From the NCBI GenBank assembly GCA_963847625.1, contig CAWKAR010000039.1, positions 45,244-109,243 of the forward strand: 64,000 nt of DNA, given 5' to 3'. Position numbers and translations under genes: made by a program. This stretch comes from a candidate division FCPU426 bacterium (lineage in GTDB: Bacteria; Oederibacteriota; Muellerivitia; Muellerivitales; Muellerivitaceae). This document shows, one piece after another, positions 9,913 to 18,992 of the stretch. The notes under the pieces are model-generated. The model saw only the letters and a program-made list of their open reading frames with translations. It searched no databases and had not been told where the DNA came from. How positions within the stretch are numbered: position 1 is the first letter of the stretch; the number at the start of each line of letters is the position of its first letter.

Positions 9913-10545
9913 ATTTATAGAGGTACCCTTATTCAGAAGCAGTTGAAATGCTTAAGGAGGTGAGTGTTCTTTGAATATTCTTGAAAATCTGGATTGTAAT
10001 GATGATAGATGTTTGCCGGCGGGAGAGGCGCAGAAATATTCGCGAGAGAATCTATTGGCATCATGCCCTGGTGGTGTGGCCCATTTCCCAGGCCGAACGC
10101 ATTTCTTTGTGCCATTCTGGACTCACTGTCTCCAGTGATGAACAAGATATGACTCTATGACCGGGTTCCTTTTTAAAACAAGTTTTAGAGCATTCGAGTA
10201 ACCCGATTTTAAAAATAAGGCTAGCATTTATCCTATCTTTCAGACTATGGACAGACCAAATCATTGTTCCATATGCACAATTAGTTGTGGGTAGCACCCC
10301 TAGGTATGCAGTTTGTAGCTTAAAAGGGGTATGGACCCCTGAATAGGTAGAGCATTAACCCCAAAACCCCGGTTGCCCTGCCTGAAATAACGGTTAAAAT
10401 AATTTTGTGCAATAGGACGGGAACCCAGTTGCAAGAAAATTAAACAAATAACATAGGTTTCGATAAATATTTTTACGGAAGATTTACCCGTTTAACCCAG
10501 CTTTTATTGATACAGGAATCTGAAAGGTTGACCCGAAAAACTTGA

Positions 10546-13500
10546 ATGGAAACCAAATTCGTTAAACCCGTACGCTACGGCGACATCATCGAAATCGACA
10601 TCCACTCCCTCGCCTTCGGGGGGGATTCAGTAGGCCGTTACCGTGATTTTGCCATATTTGTCCCGGGTGGGCTCCCTGGCGAGAGGTTGGCCGTAAAGAT
10701 CACCCGGGTCAAGGACCATTTCGCTACGGGTGAGATTGTCAACTTCCTCAAGCGTTCCCCGGACCGCATTGTCCCAGGTTGTCCCGTATTCGAGGAATGC
10801 GGTGGGTGTCAATGGCAGCACCTACACTATTCCCGACAGCTTCAAGCCAAGCGCCAGTTCGTCGTGGATGCTTTTCAAAGAATCGGGCATCTTTCCAATG
10901 TAGTGGTACAGCCCAGTCTGCCTTCGCCCAATCCATACGCTTACCGCAACAAAGCCCTGCCGGTTCTTTCGATGCGGGAGGGTCATTATGTTTCCGGGAT
11001 CTACGAACCCCGTTCCCACCACTTAGTGCCCTACCAGACATGCCCCATTCAGGGAGACGCCGTCAATGACCTGATCCAAAAAGTCCTGAATAAGATCGAT
11101 CGTTCCGGTTTGACGCCCTACCAGGAAAAAAAACACATAGGTTTTTTAAGGCATTTGGCTGTCCGTCAGGGATTGAAAACGGGCGAGATGATCTTGTCCT
11201 TTATCACCCGCGCAGAGGTGCCTGAGGAACGGCTTCAAAAACCCGCCTTGGTACTGGAATCCCTGGACCATGTCCTGCCACGTCTTGCGGCGGAGCTTAT
11301 GGAGGAGATTCCCGGCCTGGTCGGCGTCCTACAAAACATCAATCCTTCCCGCACCAACGCTGTATTCGGCTCCACCACGCGTCTCCTCGTGGGGCGGGAC
11401 CACTATTTCGAGGTTATCGATGACCTCCGGCTGAGAGTCTCTCTGATGTCCTTCCTGCAGGTCAACACTCTTCAGGCGGATATTCTTCACACCGTCGTCA
11501 GGGAGGCATTGGGAGAACCGGCTCACAAGAAAAAATGGGGGATCCTGCTGGATCTTTTCTCCGGCCTCGGCACCCTGGCCTTGGCTGTTTCCCAAAAGGT
11601 TGATTATGTGGTGGGCATCGAGGAATCAGCCCCCGCCGTGGAAGACGCCAAATTCAACGCGACGTTGAACCAACGGGACAACATCGATTTTCTGGAAGGC
11701 GACGTGGGCCGTGTTCTCATGGGTCTCAAGGAAAAAGGATTAACGCAACTGGACGCTGCGATCATGGACCCTCCCCGCAAAGGAATCCTGCCGGAAGTCC
11801 TGGCACGGTTGACGGCTTTCCACCCGGAAAGATTGGTTTATGTATCCTGTGACCCTTCCACGCTGGCTCGGGATCTTTCCCTTTTAACTAAGCACGGCTA
11901 CTCGGCTGATTGGGCCCAGCCTATCGACATGTTTCCCCAGACCTATCACGTTGAAACGGTGGTGAGACTTACCCGGCAAAAACCTCTCTCCCTTGAGACT
12001 ATGACCGGCCTTTCGGAACAAGCGCTGGAACCTTTCCGTCTTCCCAAAACGGAACCTGTAGCCCTCAATATAAAGGGTTCCTTCGAGGCGCTCTGGAAGG
12101 GGTTGGCCCTGGTATTTCAATCCATGGTGGAACTTCTTGCCAAAGGAAAGGTTAAAGTTCGTCTGTTCTTATCGGTTATGCCCTTAGGATTTAAAAAAGT
12201 TTTAAGTGCTGCTAACTTTATTTACCTCCATTCCCTTAAAACGATCCTTTGGGTATTAAAAATAATCCCAATCACATTCCGATTATTCGCTGGTTTGTTT
12301 TGGCACATGAAAAACTCGTACAATAAATTAGTTTCGGAGAAAAAACTCACCCAGGACTACGATGACTTTTCCCCGACTCCAACCGAAATCGCGAGGATGG
12401 AAGAAACCATTACAAAACCGACCCCGATTCTTTCAGAATGGGTTGAAACTCCATTCCGGGAAGAGTGGGAAGAAGAAACCGCGTTACAACCGCCAGAGGG
12501 CCCAGAGGAACCTCTTTCATCTATTCCGGCTTCCGGGGTGGTTTTATCGTCCTCTTCCATCCAAGAATTAGAGAAAAATGAAATTTCAGAGGGAGAGCTT
12601 TCCTCCGTTCCAGAGACCGGACAGGAACCGCTCCCGGAATGGCCTACTCCGCCACCTTTTCCTAAGCCTCTGACGGCACCGCTCTGGGAAAAATGGAAAT
12701 GGCTTTATAGATCCTTTTTTAAGAGGTCCTTATTCCGTTGGACGGTTTTAGCGGTTCTTTTTTTAGGTATCGGCGCTTATTGGGCCAAAGCAACCCTTTC
12801 ACCCTCCCGGCCCAAAAATTGGCTCCAGGCTCCCACTGTTTCCCAGATGATCCCGGACGCAATCGCCGTCATGCCCACCCGAACCTTCCTTCGCTACGAA
12901 ATGGTGCCCTTTGAGGTGAGGGTGAACCCGAAGAACCAGGCTTATTTCTCGGATATACACGCCTCCGTGGAGATTTTCTGTGACGGTGAACCTGTCAATA
13001 TGGTAGACGGCAGGTCCAAGTTGTATTTAAAAAAAGACCAGGCTGGAAAGAAACTCCTGGGTAATTGGCCGATTCCTTATAATCCCAAGGCTGGCACTTA
13101 TATTGCCGAGATAGCCATTACTTCGCCCCAGTGGCAAACCCCCCATACCTTCGAATCCGCCTTCACCATCGCGCCATTGAAACCGCATGGGCTTTATCCG
13201 GGTTATGCCGCCCTTACCATGGAGGGGGGGAAGCAATTAGTCAACGGGGCGATTCCTCCCCTGGACGGGAACGGATCTTCCAATACCTCCAATGCCATCG
13301 ACTGGGCGAAATTTATCGGTGCCAATCTGTTCTGCGATTTAATGGGGCAGACTTCCATTTGGGACCACCTCGTCAAGGCGGATTTTCCATTCAACCGGCT
13401 TGAAATTGAAACAGGCCACCGATACGCCCGCGCCGCACACGCCAAAGGGTTGAAGTTCGCCAGTTACATGACCACCTTCAAGGTGGAAGGCGACGCCTGG

Positions 13501-14691
13501 CAACAGGCCCCTTACGAATTCTCGCTTGGATACGACCCAGACAGTGATGAGGTGATCCAGACCCGCTTCATTTCGCTTGAGGACAAAAAGCGCCGCCAGG
13601 ATGTCATCGATTTTTTAAGAAAAATGGACCAGGAACCCCTTGTCGATATCATCGGGATGGATTACGTAAGGACCGGTTTCGCGGGTTATGAAATGGTGGA
13701 TGAGTTCGTCAAGGATTTGAACGTGCCGGGGCCGATGGATTTTTGGACCATGTCCAAGCAGGACCGCATCCATTGGCTGGCACGCACCGTGGAATTGAAG
13801 GAAAACCCGCAAGTGGTGGCTCTTTTCGAGTGGTGGAGGGCCCACAAGGTGGCGTTAACCCTGAAAGGCATTCTTGATGAGGCGAAGGTTTCCAAACCCG
13901 TCTTCACCTTCACCCTCGGTTGGGAAATGGGACATCAACACGGCCAAGATCCCGCCATGTTCATCGACGCAGGCGTGGCTTTTAACCACATCATGCTTTA
14001 TGAAGGAACCCGGGAGCACATTGAGGTCATGAAACGGCATTGGCCCGTTTATTTATCCCGGGAAAACGGGATGTACGCCATGGGAGAAATGGTTGACTTC
14101 AACTGGGTCCAGAGGACCACCGATCCTCCGGCACCGTTGGAACTTTTTAACCGGCAAAATGAGACTTTCCAAAATTGGTTTCCCGAAAATGCTTCCCTGG
14201 GCATGTTTTGGCACGACCTTTACCGATTGATTTGGGGAATCCGCGGCCCTTACACCAGCATGGAATGGGCCATATCAGGCGGAAAAGCTTTCTCCGCCTT
14301 GCAACACACCGAGGGGCTTTCACCCATCGACGTAACATTGACCGCCCCGCGGGAAGCTCCCGTTGGAGTGCCGGTTCCCTTGAGTGTGGAAATTCGTAAC
14401 CATTCCCCGGAAGATTTGAAAGGGGTGATACTCCACCAACTGGATGCTTCCAAGAATTACCTGGACGAGTTGGCCACCCTGGGGCCTTTTGACCTTCCAG
14501 CTGGAAATATGGTGAAGGTGAAGAGCCTTTTCCTGAATATGCCCAAGGAAATCCATCCCGAGAGAGACAACCGTTACATGGCGGCGGTTATGGTGGAAAG
14601 ACAGGGAGAACCGCTGAGGGTTTTCGATTTCGCCTATATAAAAGGGTTGCCGTTGGGAACTGTTGTTCGGAAGTTGGACACGCCCCAGTGA
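10546..14691 (+). CDS. Fusion ORF. N-terminal 23S rRNA (uracil-5)-methyltransferase RlmD/RumA (TRAM, 4Fe-4S, SAM-MTase), followed by TM segments, an acidic/Pro-rich linker, a second TM, and a ~650-aa extracytoplasmic TIM-barrel-like putative glycoside-hydrolase-like domain
   Basis: Residues 1-480 carry CPVFEECGGCQWQH, DLFSGLGTLALAV, MDPPRKG and VYVSCDPSTLARDL. There is no stop codon through an AT-rich hydrophobic stretch (12100-12360), then RWTVLAVLFLGIGAYWA, then DIIGMDYVRTGFAGYE-type TIM-barrel motifs. Continuous 1381-aa frame. Confidence 0.6.
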   Translation: METKFVKPVRYGDIIEIDIHSLAFGGDSVGRYRDFAIFVPGGLPGERLAVKITRVKDHFATGEIVNFLKRSPDRIVPGCPVFEECGGCQWQHLHYSRQLQAKRQFVVDAFQRIGHLSNVVVQPSLPSPNPYAYRNKALPVLSMREGHYVSGIYEPRSHHLVPYQTCPIQGDAVNDLIQKVLNKIDRSGLTPYQEKKHIGFLRHLAVRQGLKTGEMILSFITRAEVPEERLQKPALVLESLDHVLPRLAAELMEEIPGLVGVLQNINPSRTNAVFGSTTRLLVGRDHYFEVIDDLRLRVSLMSFLQVNTLQADILHTVVREALGEPAHKKKWGILLDLFSGLGTLALAVSQKVDYVVGIEESAPAVEDAKFNATLNQRDNIDFLEGDVGRVLMGLKEKGLTQLDAAIMDPPRKGILPEVLARLTAFHPERLVYVSCDPSTLARDLSLLTKHGYSADWAQPIDMFPQTYHVETVVRLTRQKPLSLETMTGLSEQALEPFRLPKTEPVALNIKGSFEALWKGLALVFQSMVELLAKGKVKVRLFLSVMPLGFKKVLSAANFIYLHSLKTILWVLKIIPITFRLFAGLFWHMKNSYNKLVSEKKLTQDYDDFSPTPTEIARMEETITKPTPILSEWVETPFREEWEEETALQPPEGPEEPLSSIPASGVVLSSSSIQELEKNEISEGELSSVPETGQEPLPEWPTPPPFPKPLTAPLWEKWKWLYRSFFKRSLFRWTVLAVLFLGIGAYWAKATLSPSRPKNWLQAPTVSQMIPDAIAVMPTRTFLRYEMVPFEVRVNPKNQAYFSDIHASVEIFCDGEPVNMVDGRSKLYLKKDQAGKKLLGNWPIPYNPKAGTYIAEIAITSPQWQTPHTFESAFTIAPLKPHGLYPGYAALTMEGGKQLVNGAIPPLDGNGSSNTSNAIDWAKFIGANLFCDLMGQTSIWDHLVKADFPFNRLEIETGHRYARAAHAKGLKFASYMTTFKVEGDAWQQAPYEFSLGYDPDSDEVIQTRFISLEDKKRRQDVIDFLRKMDQEPLVDIIGMDYVRTGFAGYEMVDEFVKDLNVPGPMDFWTMSKQDRIHWLARTVELKENPQVVALFEWWRAHKVALTLKGILDEAKVSKPVFTFTLGWEMGHQHGQDPAMFIDAGVAFNHIMLYEGTREHIEVMKRHWPVYLSRENGMYAMGEMVDFNWVQRTTDPPAPLELFNRQNETFQNWFPENASLGMFWHDLYRLIWGIRGPYTSMEWAISGGKAFSALQHTEGLSPIDVTLTAPREAPVGVPVPLSVEIRNHSPEDLKGVILHQLDASKNYLDELATLGPFDLPAGNMVKVKSLFLNMPKEIHPERDNRYMAAVMVERQGEPLRVFDFAYIKGLPLGTVVRKLDTPQ

Positions 14692-15051
14692 AATGTAATT
14701 TTGAAAAATAGGGACATCAGAATAGTTTTAGAGCATCTTAAATTGTTTAATCAATTGCCTTGTTCGATATTTCCTTGTTATGTCAAATCTGGAGTTTTAA
14801 GGATGTTTCCGAAGGCCCGATTTGACGCATTTCACGGCGGTTCGGAGTTATTTTTCCAATCAATCAGTATAAATGGAAAAGTAAAATTCAATGCCGGGCT
14901 TGTTTAACGGTAATAAACCCAATGAAAAGGGTTTTAAATAAAAGGTTCCCGGAATATGCGTTCTTTTGAATTTTCTTAAAAAAAGATTCCAGCTTTTCCA
15001 AGCTTTTTAGTAAAATACCGGCGTTTTCCCTCACCATTCTTTTCACGAAGG

Positions 15052-15825
15052 GTGTTTATGGCCTCCTCCAAATTTCTAGCCGCCTGTGGAATCTTGGGGT
15101 TTATTCTTTTGGCCGGATGCGGGGCAGTTTTTGTAAATGAAGGCTCAAAGAACGCTTCCTTGGCCCACGGCTTGGCCAATCCCGAAAAAAACACAATAAA
15201 AGTAAACGTCACTAAAGATGCTTCTGTCATTTCTAATTTCGACGACGGCTCCAATAATGGGAACCCTAAACTTTTCGGCGACGGTTCGGGAACATGGGCT
15301 ACCATGACCTGGGCCGGAAACGCGGTCAACAGCAATTTCGTGGTAAAAGGGGGTGCCAACGGCACCAAGATGGCCGCCCATGTGTTCGGCAGTCTGACCG
15401 ACAAGGGTGATGCTTCCTACCCCGAATTTGACCTGCAATTCAATTTCAAGGGAAAAGACTTGTATGACGCCAGTAATTTCGCGGGTATTAAGTTTTATTA
15501 CAAATGTCCCGCGGCCGACCAAGCCCTCAAACGCCGTTTCAATATTGCCACCGCGCCCACCCTTCCTATGTCTGACGGTGGAACCTGTGAGTCGGCTTGT
15601 TACAACCATTACGGCGCCAATTTGAAGCCCATTTCAGACTGGACGGCGTTGTCCTATAATTTCAGCGATTTAACCAGGTTACCGGGTTGGGGCTCGCCAG
15701 TGGCGCCTCCCGAGTTGACTGAACACTTGAAGGAATTCATCTATATTAAGTGGGGTCATTCCGCGGACAACGCGGCTGGGACTTATACCATCGACTATTG
15801 GGTGGATGAGGTGGAGTTTTTCTGA
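15052..15825 (+). CDS. CBM-like lipoprotein (first gene of the OMP operon)
   Basis: Lipobox LLAGC after an N-terminal signal sequence. SNFDDGS near the N-terminus and YTIDYWVDEVEFF at the C-terminus (carbohydrate-binding-module-like jelly-roll signature). Confidence 0.6.
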   Translation: MFMASSKFLAACGILGFILLAGCGAVFVNEGSKNASLAHGLANPEKNTIKVNVTKDASVISNFDDGSNNGNPKLFGDGSGTWATMTWAGNAVNSNFVVKGGANGTKMAAHVFGSLTDKGDASYPEFDLQFNFKGKDLYDASNFAGIKFYYKCPAADQALKRRFNIATAPTLPMSDGGTCESACYNHYGANLKPISDWTALSYNFSDLTRLPGWGSPVAPPELTEHLKEFIYIKWGHSADNAAGTYTIDYWVDEVEFF

Positions 15826-15873
15826 TTGTTGTTTCTATAAGTTTTTGCCCTAGTTTGACTTTAGGAGTTTTTT

Positions 15874-18800
15874 TTGAAATTTAGCTTTAAAATTTTTATA
15901 ACGTCCTTTTTCTTAAGCCTTTTTTCTTTGGCCACCGGAGCGGGTTTCCTTTTGGCTGATCCAATGGAAAACGTGGGACCCGACCAGAGTCTTTACCAAA
16001 GGGTGAAGAAGCTAGCGGATTTAGGCCTGTTAGACCCCCAGGACCAAGCGGTCCTGGATCAGGGGAAAATAGTCACCCGCCTTGAGTTGGCTTTCTATAC
16101 CGAGAAAGCCGCCGCCAGGATTGAGGCGCCTCAATTGGCATTGCCGAGTCCTACTCCTGAAGTTGTCGCACCGGCTCCGACGGAAGCGCCATTGCAAATG
16201 CCTCCTATTATTTCTGCTCCAGAATTGCCTGCTCCAGCACAACCGGCAACGGCGTTACCCTTGCCTGAAAACACCCCTGTTTCCGCTCAGCCGGCTTTAG
16301 AACTTCCAGCCCCGTCATTGCCCCCGCCGGAAAATACACCAGTTCCACCTTCGGTATTACCGGCACCCTTGCCTGAAAACACCCCGGTCTCCGCACAGCC
16401 GGCTTTAGAGCTTCCAGCACCAGCATTGCCCCCGCCGGAAAATACCCCGGCTCCGCCTCCGGCTTTACCGGCACCAGCGCCACCTTTGCCCGAAAACACT
16501 CCTGTCCCCGCCCCACCGGCTTTAGAGCTTCCAGCTCCTTCATTGCCCCCGCCGGGAAATACCCCGGTTCCGCCTCCGGCTTTACCCGAGCCGGCATTAC
16601 CTTTGCCGGAAAGCACTCCGGTTCCAGCTCTTCCAACACCTTCAACTCCTTCTCCCGTTGTTACTCCTGTTACCACGCCCATAGTCACTTCTGTTCCCAC
16701 ACCGGCTCCCATACTCCCGGAAGCCACCGGTGCCTTGAGAAATGAAATCCAAGATCTGCTGAAACAACTTCACGCGGAGGCGGTTTTTCTTCGCTCGCGT
16801 TTAAGTCTAGATGATCCCCGCATTAAAGCCCAGGAAGACGAGTTGGATAATCTCAAAAAAGTACAAGATGAAGTGGATACCACCTGGAAAAAGGCCGACA
16901 AGTCGGCGGGCATCCCCAATTTCAACACCAACATCAATACCCGATTCGAAAACATCAATGTTTCCGGAAGCCTTGCCACCGAGAGTGTCTCAAAGGCCTT
17001 GGAAGAAATCTGGTGCGGGATGTACTCGGACCTGGGGGGCAAAGGGGCTCTCTCCCTTGGGGTGGGCGGGATCTTGCCTTATGACAACGCCTCTGCCAAC
17101 TATGACTTGTGGGGTGTGTACGGCACAGGACCCGTATCCCTTTATATCGGCAACCCCAGCTGCACTTTGGACCTGTATGGAGACTTGGGCAAGTGGGACA
17201 CCACCTTTGCGGTTGAAGCCTACCAACCCGACACTACTTACGGCGATTTCAGCCGAGGTTACGCCAATAATTCTCTTAAAAGGTTCGAGAATCCTTGGAA
17301 CATTAAGAGCTTCAACGACGATAAGAACGCAAAGAACTGGGACGATTTCATGAGTAACATCAGCTACGTTCCAAGCTATTCCCCGACGGCCGGCAATGTG
17401 CAATCCACCAGCGACCGGGTTATTGATGGTATTTATGCGGTAGGGAAAAATGTGCCTTGGCTAGCCCCGGGAGGACGCATGTGGTTTCTGGCGGGCCGGA
17501 TGGGTGAAACCACAACCCAAAGCCTTCGCTGGGAGGAGGGCGCCAAAATCGACCAGCCTTGGGCCCACAATCTTATTCGGACCGCTATTTCCACCGAGTG
17601 GGTGAACGACAATTTCGGCGTAAGCAACCTGCCCATGACACCCCAGCTAGATATGAAGGATTACTCGGCCGACATCCATTTGAACCTGACCCCCGTCTTA
17701 TTCGATATCGAAGGCGGGTTTTCGCAATTCTACACCGGCAGCGTTTATCCCGGTCCTTCCTATATTCAATCGGGCCTTCTTCAGCCTGATTCCGATGTCA
17801 TTCAGGCGGGCGCGGGCCAAGCCTCCCTGGCTTTTTATCCTCTCACTTTTTACTACTTTGCTATCAGCGAGAATTACGCAGACTTCATGAGCAAAGTCAC
17901 CATGAGCGGGTTCAATTTCTTCCATCACGGGCTTTATTTCAATCCCAGCGATTTCCAAGATGTTTATGGCGCCATTGGGGAAGTAGATAACCTTCAATCC
18001 GACCGGTACGGTTGGAGGGCCAACTTGGGATGGGACGGCCGGGAACAGGATTGGATGAAGAACTGGCCTAGTTTCCTGGATACCTTTATCATCAACTTTG
18101 ACTTGTCCGAAAAGAAAGAATATGTCGCCGAGCAGGGGCAAGAGGGTTGTTTCATGGTGGAACCCACCCAAATGCTAAGCTTTTACTATCCGGACGATGA
18201 GGGTTTGTGGGGTTTGGACCTGTGGGGAAATTACGCCCCCAACGTGAATCCTTTAAGACAGACTTACATCAACAATATTGAACAGCAACGCAACGATGGG
18301 GACATCGTCAACGACGACGTGCGGTACCAGTTTAGGATGACCAGCGAGAGGCTTCCCCTAATTATGCCTATGTATGTTCAAAGTGTAGTGGTGAGCGGTG
18401 GCATCCCCGTTACAACCTATAGTCTAAATCCTGTAACAAATGGACAACCGCCTGCGACTAATAACGGGCATAATATATATGCCAATATCACCGATCTTAA
18501 AACGTACGACTACATAACCTTATCCGCCAAGCTAAAAATGGACAAGTGGTTCGGCTTGAAGACTCCCATGGACGGATTCTTCTTCGTGACCGACAACAAA
18601 GTTTCGGGTGTTGCCTCCAACGCCACCACGGTCCTTCCCACCAGCACTACTATCAACAACATAACACCCACCATCACCGTTAACATCCCCAATCTTTTTG
18701 AACAGTTGGTCTACGATGGATCCATCATGATTAACGCGGTCAAGAATGTGGATTTGATGGGGGACATAGGGGTCGAAACCTGGAAGTCGCAATATACCTA

Positions 18801-18975
18801 CCCCCAGGTGGATTATCGCACTAACGATTATGGACTAGGGCTTGCCTACGACATTCCTTGGGGCGGGGCCAAGTTGGAATTCCGCTATAAGTACCTTGAA
18901 TTCCACGACAATTACGTTCCCGGGAACAATTATTCCGGAAACCAGTATTTCTGCAAAGTTAAGTTTTTGTTTTAA
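15874..18975 (+). CDS. Outer-membrane protein paralog 1 (OmpM/Slp-like): signal peptide, one SLH-like motif, Pro-rich tandem-repeat linker, coiled coil, C-terminal beta-barrel
   Basis: TTG start with AGGAG RBS. Signal peptide. YQRVKKLADLGLLDP...IVTRLELAFYTEKAA is SLH-like. 3.5 copies of a ~36-aa Pro-rich unit. Heptad-like EIQDLLKQLHAEAVFLRSRL...LDNLKKVQDEV. About 650 aa beta-rich region ending KVKFLF. Confidence 0.65.
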   Translation: MKFSFKIFITSFFLSLFSLATGAGFLLADPMENVGPDQSLYQRVKKLADLGLLDPQDQAVLDQGKIVTRLELAFYTEKAAARIEAPQLALPSPTPEVVAPAPTEAPLQMPPIISAPELPAPAQPATALPLPENTPVSAQPALELPAPSLPPPENTPVPPSVLPAPLPENTPVSAQPALELPAPALPPPENTPAPPPALPAPAPPLPENTPVPAPPALELPAPSLPPPGNTPVPPPALPEPALPLPESTPVPALPTPSTPSPVVTPVTTPIVTSVPTPAPILPEATGALRNEIQDLLKQLHAEAVFLRSRLSLDDPRIKAQEDELDNLKKVQDEVDTTWKKADKSAGIPNFNTNINTRFENINVSGSLATESVSKALEEIWCGMYSDLGGKGALSLGVGGILPYDNASANYDLWGVYGTGPVSLYIGNPSCTLDLYGDLGKWDTTFAVEAYQPDTTYGDFSRGYANNSLKRFENPWNIKSFNDDKNAKNWDDFMSNISYVPSYSPTAGNVQSTSDRVIDGIYAVGKNVPWLAPGGRMWFLAGRMGETTTQSLRWEEGAKIDQPWAHNLIRTAISTEWVNDNFGVSNLPMTPQLDMKDYSADIHLNLTPVLFDIEGGFSQFYTGSVYPGPSYIQSGLLQPDSDVIQAGAGQASLAFYPLTFYYFAISENYADFMSKVTMSGFNFFHHGLYFNPSDFQDVYGAIGEVDNLQSDRYGWRANLGWDGREQDWMKNWPSFLDTFIINFDLSEKKEYVAEQGQEGCFMVEPTQMLSFYYPDDEGLWGLDLWGNYAPNVNPLRQTYINNIEQQRNDGDIVNDDVRYQFRMTSERLPLIMPMYVQSVVVSGGIPVTTYSLNPVTNGQPPATNNGHNIYANITDLKTYDYITLSAKLKMDKWFGLKTPMDGFFFVTDNKVSGVASNATTVLPTSTTINNITPTITVNIPNLFEQLVYDGSIMINAVKNVDLMGDIGVETWKSQYTYPQVDYRTNDYGLGLAYDIPWGGAKLEFRYKYLEFHDNYVPGNNYSGNQYFCKVKFLF
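16252..16650 (+). repeat. Intragenic tandem repeat (~108-nt unit, ~3.5 copies) encoding the Pro-rich linker LPENTPVSAQPALELPAPSLPPPENTPVPPxxLPAP
   Basis: Near-identical nucleotide units are visible at 16258, 16375, 16490 and a partial copy at 16600. Confidence 0.8.
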
Positions 18976-18992
18976 CCTTTTGAAAAGGATTA

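Noticed and set aside
14701-14907. 68-aa ORF in the AT-rich region upstream of the OMP operon
   Set aside because: No RBS, low-complexity AT-rich composition, no motifs. More likely promoter/leader sequence of the downstream operon.
16208-16727. Two minus-strand ORFs (145/146 aa) antisense to the Pro-rich repeat of OMP1
   Set aside because: They are repeat-driven open frames (Gly/Ala-rich mirror of Pro-rich codons).
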